Source: Gnetum montanum
Taxonomy: Eukaryota > Plantae > Gnetophyta
NCBI GenBank assembly: GCA_015680685.1
Contig: MNCI01002843.1
Location: 92,016-155,729, forward strand
Reading direction: 5' to 3'
Length of the DNA: 63,714 bases
The stretch's first letter is position 1, and each line of letters starts with the position of its first letter. The notes beneath the pieces are model-generated. The model worked only from the letters and a program-made list of their open reading frames with translations, did not search any database and had not been told where the DNA came from. The position numbers and the translations under genes were made by a program. Positions 40,301-54,561 of the stretch are shown here, piece after piece.

Positions 40301-43300
40301 CAACCTTTATAAGATTTGAGCTCTACTCTAGAGTGTTTAATCGATGCAAAAACACTCAACCCCACAATGTCTCAACAAGCTCAAAATGTGATTTTAAGGA
40401 TCCCACAAACTTTACAAAATGTGAGCTCTGGTCCAGAGTGTTTTGTCGCTACAAAACCACTTAATCTCGCAAGGTCCTGACTAGCTTAATGTATATGCCT
40501 TTCTACAAGAAGCACATCAACCTCATAGGGATACAAAGAAAGAAAGAAAGAATCAAGGAGAGAGTGTAACTTGATTTACAAAGTCCTTGCAATGGAGCTC
40601 ACTACAAGTAATACATACAAATGATGAATTAATAAGGAGCAACAAAAAAATATTTGTCAGTATATAAGGGTAGATTTTACAATGAATAGTGCTCTAAGTT
40701 TCTCATAAATTTTGCTTTATTTTATACGCTTTGGGTTTCTAAAGACTCCTTAGAATTCATCCAACGACTAGATAAAGACTAGAAAAGATGTCTATCTTTT
40801 AGTGGAGACATCTATTTGTCAAGATAGACATCTATCTTTCAATGGAGATGTCTATTTATCACTTTTTTCATCACAGGAAAGACATCTACTTGGATGTGTA
40901 GATGTCTACATGTAGACGTCTAGCCTTAGATGTCTATTTTAGGAGGTAGATGTTTGCTATTAGAAAGAGATGTCTACCTTGCAAGAACTTTGAATCTTGA
41001 AACATTCCTCTAACATTTTGGCATCTTAGTAGTCCCTAAAACATCATCATTTGGCTCATGGACTTTGTATGCATCCTAGTTCTATCCCCATCATCCTAGC
41101 TCTCATTTTTGACATCTCAATGTAGCTCTTATTTTGAAGTCTTGGTTCTTAATTTAGGGTCCTTGCTTATCAAGTTATTTCATGGAATTATAAGAATATA
41201 GTCATAGACATATTTTCTACATTCTCCATTTTATCTAAGGTTTTGACATACCAAAAGGTCAACATTGACCTCTCTCATACCTTCCTCATATGTAAAGTTC
41301 ACACTCCCTATGTCACTCTACACTCAACACTCCCTCGCTACATTAGGAAAGAAATACTTGATTAACCTTACTAATGTTCAATATAGAAAGGAATGAAAAT
41401 AGATGAGAAGAGGGGATGAGAGGAAGAGAAGAGAAATATAGTACATGAAAGTAGAATAATAACATGCAAAAATAGAAAACAAAAAAGTAAGGAGAGAAAA
41501 GAGGACATCGTCCATACAGCTATCATGAGGAGGGTAATGTGCCACAGTAGTGGCACATGGCTAAATCCTACATACTATATGTTCAAAAAGGATGTCATAT
41601 ATATGCTAAGTAACCCATCCCTATTCCACTCAATAATATGCTTAATCACATCCTCACATAAAGTAATGAGAATTAAGCTACTCAAAAACCTCACTAGTTG
41701 TGTAGAGCACATAGAGTAGAACAAGATGGATAGCATAGGGAAGTAGAAAAAAATAGCTAGAGAAGGAGAAGAATATGAAATATAGAAGGGGAATAACAAA
41801 AGAAAGTACATTAAAAATAGATTTTATTAAAAACCTATTATTCTAATGTAGTAAATAGTGGACTACTGTTAGGAGAACACTCACTTAATCTCAAACAGTC
41901 AATAAATTTAGCATTATAGCATGACCGCATGTAGTAACACTTAAGAAATCTCATGTTGACAAGATATAGAAACTAACATCCTTCTAGATCAAATAGGATA
42001 TAGATGTCATTCTACAAAGATTGAACCACCATGAAAGGACCTTACCAGTTGAGAGAGAACTTTACATCTTTGAAGTCTAGAAAATGGTATGGTACTAGAT
42101 CATCTTTATGGGTCTCTTTTACTCAAACATGTTTGGAATGACGATACTGAATATATACTTGATATTCATGTAAATGACAAAGAATAGCTTGCAGATGTTC
42201 TTTGAGAAGATCCAGTTCAATGCATTGCATATTATTGTTATCATGATTTGAATACTAATCATGTAGAGCAACACAGAGAGATGAGATGTGAAGCTCAACT
42301 GGTAAGATCACCTCAGAACCATAGGTTAGGAAGTATGGAGTATGACCAATAGTTGCAAGGAAAGTAATATAGTAAAACTATAAGAAATGTAATAGCTTTA
42401 TGTATCATTTGCATTGGGTTTTGTTTAACATGGTATGGATGAAGCATATAAGAATGTTATTAGTAGACTTAGCCTATCTATTAGATTGAGGGTAGTACAA
42501 TGATGAAAAAGATTGAGTGATATAATACATGGAACACAAATTAAGTACCTTCTTAATTTTGAACTAAGGCCTCTTATTATGTATAATTTAAAGAGGTATG
42601 TCAAAGTGAGATATAATGTAATCAATGATGAAGTGACAAATGTAACATTTGGTGAAATGGAAAGAAACTATTTCTACCCACTTGGTGAAATATTTTTTAG
42701 GAGTTAGAATAAATTAGTATGTTGTAGATGAAGGAGGGCTAATAGAGCCAATAAGATTCAAATCCCATTTTTGAAAAGACCATGTGATCTAAGACATATT
42801 AAGCTCTTGTGAATGAATAAGGATGAGAGAGCTATATTGTTGATAAGTATCACATGTTTTAATAAGGTGATAAGCATCTTTGACTAAGGTTGATAATCAA
42901 TAGCCTAAATAAATGACATGAGTAGCTAGAAAGCATGAACCTAAGTGTTTGTCACAAACTCCTAAGTAGACATGATCAAGGACTATCTTAGACTCTTCAA
43001 AACTACAACAATATAAAAGAACACCTGTAGAAGAAACTCAATAAAGAATATCAACATTTACTAATAAAAAATGTTGACTACATTTACACAAGACATTCTT
43101 TTGAGAAGATATAAGATGACTAGGAGTTTTCCCAATTGTAAGGTAGTGGAGAGGGTTAGCATATTGCTGATTTTCCTCTTCCATATTGATAGTGCTTACT
43201 AATATGTTGAGAGATTGCATGAAAAATATCAAGAAAATTTATTAAATAATTCAATCTTATGTAGTATAAGGATCATGAAAAATGGTGAAAGTCACTAGTT

Positions 43301-46300
43301 CATCAACTAGCATGTTTTCATAATGAGAAATATGACTCAAAGTATGAGAAGAGAATGAGAAGATAAGTTCCTTACCCATTTGAAGTGAAGGAACCAAGTG
43401 AGGAGCCTTAAAATCATAGTCACCATTAGCTTGATTTATGATGAGCTACAAGTTACCATAAATAGTAATATTTTTTACTTGATTTTGTAAAACTAGAAAG
43501 ATAACTCATATGAGAGCCTTATATTTAGTAGAGAGGATAAGAACATAAGCTATGCTAGATTCAAGAAATGTATGTGATCCATTAAAATAAAGGACAATGT
43601 TTGAATCTCCTACATCATGTTGTAAACTATGAACAAAATTAATTACTTTAGAAGAAGAAATAAGATTAGCTATAGCTTGACATTTGATTTAATGTTGAGA
43701 TAAGAAAGAAAGATCAAACTCTACAAGAAAAGCTTTCTAATGAGTCAAGTGATGATTTTTAGATGGATGATTAGATGTAATTGTGAGAATGTTATCTTTG
43801 TAGATAACAAAGACATTAGCATTTAGAAGATAACATCTCCACATTTTGAGGATGAAGACAAGAGTTATGCAAGACTTTTCAATATCAAAATATCTAGTCT
43901 TACAATATGAAAAATGATGAAATATGTAATACATAGGAAGATCAACTCCATTTTCTTATCATTGGCAAAGCATAGAGAAGATGGAATAATTAAACTTGAA
44001 AAGGTAAATATAAAAGTGTTGATCAAGTTGTAAAGGTTGAAGAATGGAAAGAGTAGTTAAGGCTTCTTTAATGAAATCAAAGATATTTTGACACTTCTTA
44101 TTCTAGATGAAAGAAGTATATTTGCAAATGAAATGAGTTAAAGGATGAAGATGATTAGTAACATTGGAAATAAAATAATGAATTAATTGAAGAAAACCTT
44201 CAAGGATACACATACTACGAATTTTCTTAGTTGGTGCAAGATCTAGGATAGCTTTGACTTTGTCAAGGTCAACAACTATGGCATCTTAAGAGAAAAGGTA
44301 ACCTAACATTTTGTTCATAAGGACCAAAAAATGCACTTATTGGGATTTAAACATAGGTTAAACTTTTCACAATGAGTTAGAACTTGGTTGAAGTGAAAAT
44401 CATGATTATCAGCCAAGGTAGACTTAACGGTCAAGTTATCAACATAGTCATTAACTATATCAAATATCATGTCATTAAAAATAAAAAGCATAGCACATTA
44501 GTAAGTAGCTTCAACATTCTTGAGACCAAAGAGAATTTTGGAGTAATAAAATGTTTCCCAATGATTCATAAACATAGTATAGTGCTAGTGCTAAAGATTT
44601 ATCTAGATTTGGTTATAACTAGAAAACCCATCCATAAAGGATAGAAGAGCATGGCCAGCTATAGAATCAATTAGCTAATCAATGTTGGGCAAAGGGAAAT
44701 CATCCTTAAGAGTGATCTTGTTTAGATTTCAAAAATAAATGTAAAGGCAGATGCCACCATTCTTCTTAAGAACTACAACCATGTTAGAAACCTAATCGGA
44801 ATAGTCAATAGGACAGATGAATCTAGTGTTGAAGAGCTTTGTTATCTCTTCTTTTATAGCAAGAGCTAGAGCATGAAAAACTTTTCTAACCTTCATTTAA
44901 CAAGTTTGGAACCTTCTTTCAAGATCATGTTATGTTGAAAAAGCTTTGGGCCTAGACTAGGCATATTATTATATCCCTAGGTAAAAGCGATTGAATGTTT
45001 CTACAAAGTTGTTAGAATGGACTGCCGAAGGTCTAAAGATAGGACACTAAGCTGAAAGGTCTTTTTTTTATCTTTGTAACTTGGCATAAGAAGATCAATA
45101 AACTAATTGTTACTTAGAAGAGGCTCTTAATCTAAATAAGAGATATTTAATTAAGATATGAGTTTAACCTTAGTAATATCTAGAGAGAATATGAGAGAAG
45201 ATAAATTTAACAATAAGTAAAGAAATGTAGGATCTAGAGTTCTATGTACCTCACTTGTAGGGTTACTCAAGTTTAGAGGTTGGAGAAAAGACTTTTGGTA
45301 GGCATTCATGTTTACCTAGCCTAGAATCATGGTCAAATTCATTATCTAAAGGAGAATATATTAAAAATAAGTAAGCAATGTCAATAGTTCAACAAACATC
45401 AAAAGTTGAAGGGCTTGCATTATTTCTATAGTATACAAATGATGGCAAGGGAAAGATTTAAACACAAAGACTTTCATTTTCATTAAGCACTTTTGAGAAT
45501 CAACGCATGAGTACTTGAAAGTGATAACAAAGAAAAACTTCCAAAAAATAGCATGAGAACTATAACGATGGAAAACATTTGTAGTGGAAATTGAATTGAT
45601 CAGCTAAATAGTTTTTCCTCAGAATCCATGGGCCTTGAAAGGATTTGAGATTCCCTAGGAAGTCTTGCTAATAATCTAAGAACTTAAAGGTCTATGATCG
45701 AGATAAACGAGTAAAAATGGATGAGAGAATGAGTGAAAGATAGATTTAACATTGGACTATGAGAAACTAGAGGAAATGTAGAAAATATGCAAAAATTATA
45801 ATAAAACAATTGCAATTTTTTGTATTAATTTTGAAAAGTACAAGATGATAAAGTATAAAGTGTAGAACTATGAGCATTCCACAAGTCTCTACAAAAATGA
45901 TGCTAAAAATCTAGCTTATGGATGACCAGTGTGTCCTACAGTCCTTCCAAATGTATTGCTTAGTTCGATTTGCTTTTGTATATAGCTACAATAGGTTCTC
46001 AATGTTTATGATAATCTACATTGGAATGAGAAAATATCTTTGAACTCTTAGATCTGACCCAAAAGTCTCTTATTTGGATAAGTCTCAAAATGATCCAAAC
46101 AAGTCCCTTTGAATGATGTCCACTCTTATTTTTACAAGCCATGATTTTTCATTACTTTGTTGATTAGGTTGCACCAAGTATCCTAGGCAATTCCACAATG
46201 TTTTTTTTATCACTTTTATGGACCAAAACTGCAATGTTTTAATAACCATCATTTTTTATTATTGTGGATTTAATTGTATTACTTTTGGGAATGTATTTAA

Positions 46301-49300
46301 TAATTACATGCTTAAATAAACCAGCTTAATTAAATTCACAGCTTATTTGATAGTGTGGGCCATGAGTTTCATTTTACATGTTCAAAACCATCCAGGAAAT
46401 TTTTGAAACAAGGTTACAAGATGAAATTTTAAAGGGAAATTCAAGGCATTTAGTTTTTCTCTTAAATTAGATTAAAATTACAATGTAAATTTGGCTACTA
46501 GGCTTCCTTATAGAAAATTGTAATTTTCATTAAGATGTTTCAAGGACCAAAGGTAGATCCCATAGTAGTAGGGAATTGCCTTAGCCCTACTTACTTCCTC
46601 CTAGAGCTCAAATGTAAGTAACCCAAACTCTAGTTAGGGATTCTAGTTTTACTATTACTATGATGTTGCCATTATGGAAGTTTTAGAATGTGTTAAGATT
46701 CTGAAAAATTTAGCTAGGTATTATAGGATAGAGCTTGAATTTGAAGTTGTTTAGTAATTCAGAATAGATTTGAGTTAGAAAATTGATGTTTTATTTTGAA
46801 GTTTTTATGGAGATCAAGAACCCCAACACGTCTTAGGTTTTCAATGTTTTTTACACATTTTCTTAAATCTACAATTAGAAATTGAATGCATGCATTGATT
46901 TCATAGTTTATTTCCTAGTAAACTAAGGATGTGTGAAAATATAGAGCTTTTATGTACATTTCTTAATGAAATTTAACAAGATTTAAAGATTTAACATTGT
47001 TGATATAGTATTTTGTGTAGTGGCATAACTAGGGTAACAAATCTTAGGATTTCATGTTGTTTTTAGCTAAGTCTAACAAGTTTACTAGATAGAACAAATA
47101 AAATTAAACTAAAATCTCCAATTTCAAGAATGAATTTATAATCACTTTTATAAAATCATGAGAAAATGTGATTTTTGACCATGAAGAATTTAATGTGGGA
47201 CGAACTCAACATGAGGTGTCAACGCAATAGAGATAGAGCATTTTACCAAATGCTAAGTGTTGGCAATGTTGCATGTAAAAGTGACTTTTGATGTGATATG
47301 TTAAAATTCAATGTTAAACACTTCATTGAAAATATACAACACTATGCATTAAAAGAATGGTGTGGGATGTCGAAGATAGACATTTTTGCCAAATATCTTT
47401 TTGAGATTTGACACCTTGCATCGATTATTTCAATGTGAATGTCAAAAATAGGATTTGCCACTTAATAAGTTTTCCCAAACACTAAGGGCAAATGATGTGT
47501 AAAGTTAAAATCATATTTAACATACAATGTCAAGAGTAATAGAATGAAATGATATAAAGCTTAGAAATTTTTAACATGAAGTTTTGATGTGAGAATGAAG
47601 CGAAGTTTCAAAGTTTAACTATGGTTTTAACATGGAGGTTCACTTTTGCTTTACAGGAATGCTGCAACATCTAGGTTGCTAATAATTGAACCCATGTACT
47701 TCTTTCTTATAGATGAAAGAAGTATCTTGGAAAACAAATAAAGGAAAATTGGTTCCATCATGAGAAAGCCTCTATTTGAGGACAAGACATTGATTCCCCT
47801 AAATTTATAAGGAAAGAAGTGACAAATTTGCTAAAATTCTACATCACCTACTTTCATGCAATGATATGGATAGGACTAGGAAAAGACGTGGTCATGCATT
47901 CTTAGGAGATCATTTTTTCTAGATTCTCTATAGAGATCACAAAGATCATATTCTAGCTACAATCAAACATCAAAGAACTAACAAAAGATATCATGGTTAT
48001 AGAAAATGTTTGTGAACATAGGGAACATCAATAGTTCCATGCTGATAGCAAATTATTGTTGGAGATGCAAACTCCTAGAGCAATGTCTAACTCATTAAGC
48101 AGTCAAATTTTCATGAAGAGGTTAACTAAAAAGCACTTGTAGTCAAAAGAGCAATTTGGCCTTTATTTCTTAAAGATACTAACTTTAGAATCTTATGGCA
48201 CAAGTTTAATGATCTAGACATCCAACATCTTGATAATATGATTTTTCTTTGAAACCTATTGTGAGACTTATCATAGTATTGAAACTAAAGACCCCAAGTG
48301 ATGTCCCAATTCAATACATAGTACAAAATCTTGAAAATGCATAGATTTTGGAGTGAATATGAAAATAGAGGATGGATTTATCTATTGTGGAATGAAGTCC
48401 AAGGAGAAAATGTAGAATGGCAAAGGGATCAAGGATCATCCTAAGGCCAAAAGACAAGCCAAAGCTTTAGAAAGCACTTTTGTACATTTAGCTTTAAAAA
48501 GGAAAAAGTTTACTAATAAATACTTATGCTTATTTGTAGGTCAAATAAGTATTGATGATGTCAAATTCATTGATGTCATGGAAGAAGTAGAGGAGTACAA
48601 GGTAAGATCCACTAGTGAGACAGAAAGTGCCCAAAAGTGACTTTTTAAAGGTGAATGAGTAAAATATTTTAGAAATTTTGATAGGGAAATGATTTTATGT
48701 GCTTTAGGCTTAAATAACCCATACCCTAGCATTGTAGAATATGTCAGATTGATCAAGAGCTATGTTGCAAATAAAGTAATTTTTGTAGTACATGTAGACC
48801 AAAAGTAAGTGATGATCACTTGGGATATGACTACACTAATTTATTGGTTAGGCTTCCTAAAGGGAGGATTAAATATTAACAATACAAAGCTTGATTCAAT
48901 GGAGTTGTCAATGATGGAGGAGTGGGTAGTATCATAGAAGAGAGATACTATTAATGTTAATAAAGAAAACAATGTAGATTTAATGAAGACTTTCCCTTTA
49001 TTCATAGAAAATTCCTCTATAACAATATTGGGGAGAAATGGGAATTGGCCCCCATGAGGTTTCATAGGTTGTACAAGACTATGTTCCAAGAAAGATTAGT
49101 CAATTGGGCATTAGTAATTTATCAAGGAGTTATTGAAAAGATAGAAAAATTACCTCAAGAGGATAAAAATGGAAAGAAAAATATGGTGAACAAGAGGCTC
49201 AATTTTGATTTTTATTATGGATTAATAATAGTAGCGACAACACCATTTATCTAAGGTGGAGAAAAACAAATTGACATTGCTTTGAAAGTAGACTTTACGC

Positions 49301-51300
49301 ACATACTATGCCAACACTTGAAAAGTTTGATGTCAGCTTACAAAATTAGAGGTGGTGGTCCTTTTACATTAGTGTAAAATACCAAAGATGAGTTTGAATC
49401 TTGAATATTAAAAAACATTTAAAAGCTCTAGAAGAAAATTAGTGTTGACATAGAGGGAGGAAAGGAGGTAATTTCTAAGAGCACCTTTGGGATTATTGAG
49501 AAAGAAAAGGCATCAAGGAAGAAAAAGAATCTTCAAGAATAAAAAGTCTTCTTAAATAAGAAAGAAATAGGCATTTTTAAGAAGAAGTCTAAAGTAAAAG
49601 TAATTAAATATTTTGAATTTATTTTTTATATAAATTTTTAATTAAGTATCTTTAATGAGACATCATTTCTAGTTTTTATGTCCTAGAAAGAGTGACATGA
49701 TGCTAATACTTAAGCATTTTTTGATCACAAGAGTTGTAAGAGAAAGGAGGGTTTTAGAACATGAAGCTAAGAGACTATGTTCTACCCTTCCTTCAATTCC
49801 AAAAGAAAAAAAGGAAGGTATGAGCCAAGAGGAGAAGGACTTCTTAAAGGACTTATTTTTGTTAGAGAAAAACAAAGGGGAAAGAGAAGGTATGATTTTT
49901 TATAACTTCCATAATTTACCTTTTGATGAAATAGCCACGAAGAGCAAGAGGATGAATATGGGGAAAGGGCTAAGCTTCTAGAATTTGGACTTCCTCCTCC
50001 ACCTCCTGCATATGTCACTACTTTAAGTAAACTAGTTTTAATGAATTTAGAGGTTTGTAACTGGATAAAGAAGATGATAAGTTCTAGACTCTTCACATCT
50101 TAAAATAAGTATAAATGATGCATTATCAAAAGTTTCTACATTGATTATGTTTTAACATGAAAATAATGTAATCATTTTCTTCTCTTTTTAAGAGATAAAA
50201 AGCATAATATGAGCTTGATTCAAAGATAATAAAATGATGTTGGATGATTTGGTAGAAGACATGGAGTGTAGCGATGAAAAAATTTAGTGCTAGAGGGCTG
50301 AAGATCCCTATCAGAATAGTTTAACCTACAAATGCCATGAGAAGGATTTGTGAGTACCTCAAATAGTCTTGCCAACCGAATGAGGAATTACAGGATCAAT
50401 TACCAAATGTTAACGAAATGTAAATAAGTGAGAAAATATTTGTTAAATAAAGCTAAGACTGAAACATAATTGCAAAAAATATAGAAGAAAATATGACACC
50501 ATAGTGTCATACCTTTGTAACCAAATGTTTTAAAATGTTCTACCAAATGGTTCAAAAAATACAAATAGGGGCTTTTACAGCTTGCGATTGCAACAATGGA
50601 CTTGGATTTTGATGCAGGAGGTAGGATGTATTCTATAGTATACTCACATGAATATGGTATTTCTTAATCTAGTTGCAAATTAGTTCTTGATGTCTCTAGT
50701 GATCTATTCTACGAAACAATGATGATGATCATCATGGGCTCTTGGGCATCTACCTTACTTGAAGGTCTCAAGTTTGATGTAAATGCAAAAAGTCCAAAAA
50801 GTCCTTATGATGAAGTAGATTGTTATTTAAATAGGCCTTAGATCGTTGAGTTGTTTCCAGTTAATTATATCATGATTGCTAATAGATTTTTGGCACTTTC
50901 TGTTGTATGTGGAACACCTACATGCAATGTCAAAATAATTTTATCTAATTCTTCACTCTCTTATGCTACATTTGTATGTTGTTTAGCATCACAATTTCCA
51001 TCCAAACATTAAAGTTTAAAACTTGACGTTTGTACACTACCTTTGTATGTTGTCTAGTGTTAGCATTAGCATTGGCAGCATGAGGCCATGATGCTAGTAC
51101 CAGCATCAATGTTAGTAACATGAGGCCATGATGCTAGATTTTTTGGGAAATAAGGTAATTGTACCTACCTTTATTTTTCTAGCAAATTAAGGATTGACCT
51201 GAGAGACATCAACAAAGAATGCGAAACACTGCTATAGGTTTATTACCAACACTTTTATCTCCACACTTAATTTGGTAGCTATTGAATCTGTTGGCACATT
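37320..51300. other. Heavily decayed TE-derived sequence (probable gypsy remnants); boundaries unresolved
   Basis: Purine-skewed, stop-riddled ORF ghosts; gag-like FRDFSTFRGDPY near 38500; arrays of GACGTC-type motifs at ~39200-39520 and ~40780-40980. Confidence 0.35.
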
Positions 51301-51772
51301 TTGGCCATTTCATGGAACAGGCTTTATAAGGTTATGGTGATTTTTAAAAAAAATTTAAAAGAGATTTTTGAGATTCTGTTTCTTCACCTTGAAGTCTACC
51401 ATGTTGATTAAGACAAGCTTTTGGCTAATTGGTTCGCATCCACAAAGGCATGGTTGAATGTCCCAAAATCTTAGAGGCCTTGTTCTTGCATCCTTGAACC
51501 AACCAATACACAAAAGTTGCAGAGCCTCCTTCCAAGGACCATGTGGCCCATATGCAAAAATCTTACCATTCCATGGGATTTCATTCCTTGTTGGAATCGG
51601 ACAATGAAGATTTTCTCCTTTAAGTTCATATGAGATTCATTCAGCCTTGGTTATGTGAAGGTTGATATATTTGACCTGTTCCTGTTATCAAATGTCATCA
51701 ATGGCATCAACCTCATTTATGGAAACATTATTGTGCTGTCCAAAGAACAATGAAAACCCAAGTAGGGCATTG

Positions 51773-52594
51773 GACCATCCAGATATAATGGCCAAATATA
51801 CAACTTGGATTGAGGCTGATAAGGCATTGTATCCAGTTCTCTTGTCGAATGGTAATTTGAAGGAACATGGAGACTTAGAGGGTGGCAGGCACTATGCAGT
51901 ATGGGAGGATCCTTTTAAGAAGCCTTCCTATCTTTTTGCTTTGGTTGCAGGCCGGTTAGTTAGCAGGGATGACACTTTTGTAACAAAATCGGGACGCACT
52001 GTTAACCTCCGCATTTGGACTCCTGCAGAGGACTTTTCAAAGACTGCTTATGCTATGTATTCCCTTAAAGCAGCAATGAAATGGGATGAGGATGTGTTTG
52101 GTTTGGAATATGATCTTGATCTATTTAATATAGTTGTTGTACCTGATTTTAACATGGGTGCAATGGAAAACAAAAGCCTTAATATATTCAATTCAAGACT
52201 TGTCTTAGCATCCCCAGAGACAGCAACTGATAGTAATTACGCTGATGGATCTCTACTTTCAAAGACATGATGGGCAGGCAGTCACATGTGAAGACTTTTT
52301 GCTGCAATGAGAGGTGCAAATAAACAAAATTTTTCAAATTTCTTGTTATGGTATTCACAGGCTGGAACCCCTGTTCTACAAGTAAAATCAGATTACGACG
52401 CAGAAGCAAAAACATTTACTCTCAGGTTCAGGCAGGAAATTCCTCCTACGCCTAGCCAACTTGTCAAAAATCCAATGTTCATACCAGTGGCAATTGGTCT
52501 CTTTGTTAGAAATTTCAGTGCTCCTGGTCGTCTGTATTCAGATGTAACTGACGACGATCTGTTCTTCTTACTTGCACATGATTCTGACGAATTC
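51773..52594 (+). pseudogene. Processed, internally deleted copy of a plant M1 aminopeptidase (aminopeptidase N type)
   Basis: [46 protein letters not shown] and LLAHDSDEF; no introns; two deletions at ~52244 and ~52501. Confidence 0.9.
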
Positions 52595-53298
52595 AAAGGT
52601 GGAGCAGCTGAGATAGGCCATTGAGGAGCTTAGCAAGTAGCGGCGGATAGAGTTCAAGGCCGGCGCGGTGGCCCCAAAAACAAAAAAAAATAAATATAAT
52701 ACGATGGGCACCGGCGGAGAGAGATGGCAAACCAAGGCTCAGCATTTTTCTTCTTCTTTCCTTGGCCTGCAGAAATCATGGCGGTCGTTTGGGTTTTCTT
52801 GTTGCTGTGCGTGTTTCTGGTCTGGTCCAGGGTTTAGGCAGAAACAAAAGAGGAGGGCTGCGCGTTGGCAGAAGACGGCGCATGAACGGCGGCTGCAGGC
52901 GGCAGGAGCAGAACAACGAACCGACGTCAACAGAAATCGCGAACGGCAGCGAAAAGGACTGCGCGCGGGCGGAGTATCAGCAACGGATGCCGAACGTAAA
53001 TCAAGGAAAGGGTTCACACCAGAACCAAATCCGAAGCGCGACAGCTGAACAAGGGCAAGGCCTGATCCTGCAGCAAAACCAGAGCCAAAAGCGATGCAGG
53101 CGGATCGGTGTGAGGCAGAGATCACGGGCACGAACAGCGGTCAGGAGAGGGGGCTTCCAAAAATAGCGTTGTGTACAGAAAACACAGAACTGAAACGACT
53201 TGAGAAAGGTTTTATTAACCGATGCTATGCCCAAAGCTATAACATAAAAAAATATTAATATGGGCATAAAGTCACAATTTAAGTTTTAATAGGGAGTT

Positions 53299-53821
53299 TG
53301 TTGGATAAACACTTGGCCACCATAACTTTTGTTTTCTATAGTGGTAATTTTTTGTGGAAGTTGTAACTTCCTCGCCTTAATCCATGATGTTTGAAACCAC
53401 CAAGGCCACTTGTTAATTGCAACCTTTTTATCTCTTTGGTGGTTGAAACCACCCAATATTGTTGTAACTTACCTAACTTGTTGGGCAAGTAACCTCCTAA
53501 CTTGTTGGACAAGCAATTTTCTAATTGGTTAGTCAAGTTACTTGGGAGAGAAGTTAGGTGAGATATTTTTAAAAATGTAACTTCCCTACCTATCTTGGAA
53601 TCCTATAAAAAGGCTTCAAGGGAAGGGAAGAACATCATCATCACTTCTCACACTTAGGAGCAAAGAAGATTTGTAAAGAAGATTGTTTGCAAGATGGCTT
53701 GCTAGAATAAAGATTTCAGCCTCTTTGTCATGGTCCTGTGAGTTATGCATTTCATTTTTTGTTTTGTTTAAATTGCTTAGCTAGTGGTTTAGATAGTATC
53801 ATCCTTGGCAAGTAATTTTGG
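53299..53821 (+). mobile_element. 5' part of an LTR preceded by a PPT (probable 3' LTR); runs into the gap
   Basis: aatagggagtt|TGTTGG; TATA cctataaaa at ~53602. Confidence 0.5.
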
Positions 53822-54405
53822 NNNNNNNNNNNNNNNNNNNNNNNNNNNNNNNNNNNNNNNNNNNNNNNNNNNNNNNNNNNNNNNNNNNNNNNNNNNNNNN
53901 NNNNNNNNNNNNNNNNNNNNNNNNNNNNNNNNNNNNNNNNNNNNNNNNNNNNNNNNNNNNNNNNNNNNNNNNNNNNNNNNNNNNNNNNNNNNNNNNNNNN
54001 NNNNNNNNNNNNNNNNNNNNNNNNNNNNNNNNNNNNNNNNNNNNNNNNNNNNNNNNNNNNNNNNNNNNNNNNNNNNNNNNNNNNNNNNNNNNNNNNNNNN
54101 NNNNNNNNNNNNNNNNNNNNNNNNNNNNNNNNNNNNNNNNNNNNNNNNNNNNNNNNNNNNNNNNNNNNNNNNNNNNNNNNNNNNNNNNNNNNNNNNNNNN
54201 NNNNNNNNNNNNNNNNNNNNNNNNNNNNNNNNNNNNNNNNNNNNNNNNNNNNNNNNNNNNNNNNNNNNNNNNNNNNNNNNNNNNNNNNNNNNNNNNNNNN
54301 NNNNNNNNNNNNNNNNNNNNNNNNNNNNNNNNNNNNNNNNNNNNNNNNNNNNNNNNNNNNNNNNNNNNNNNNNNNNNNNNNNNNNNNNNNNNNNNNNNNN
54401 NNNNN

Positions 54406-54561
54406 CACACAACCGCACGCCGCAACAGCACACACACATACTCACATTAACTACTGAGTTATTTGGAGGTATCTGGGCCTTGGTGTTGCCAGAGACCAGC
54501 AGGCACCTAAATCCTGTTCGAGGACACTCGTTGGCGGTCGCGTCCCAAACGGTCGCCAACA
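54406..54561 (+). mobile_element. 3' end of an LTR after the gap
   Basis: Ends ...ggtcgCCAACA with an abrupt change in composition. Confidence 0.4.
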
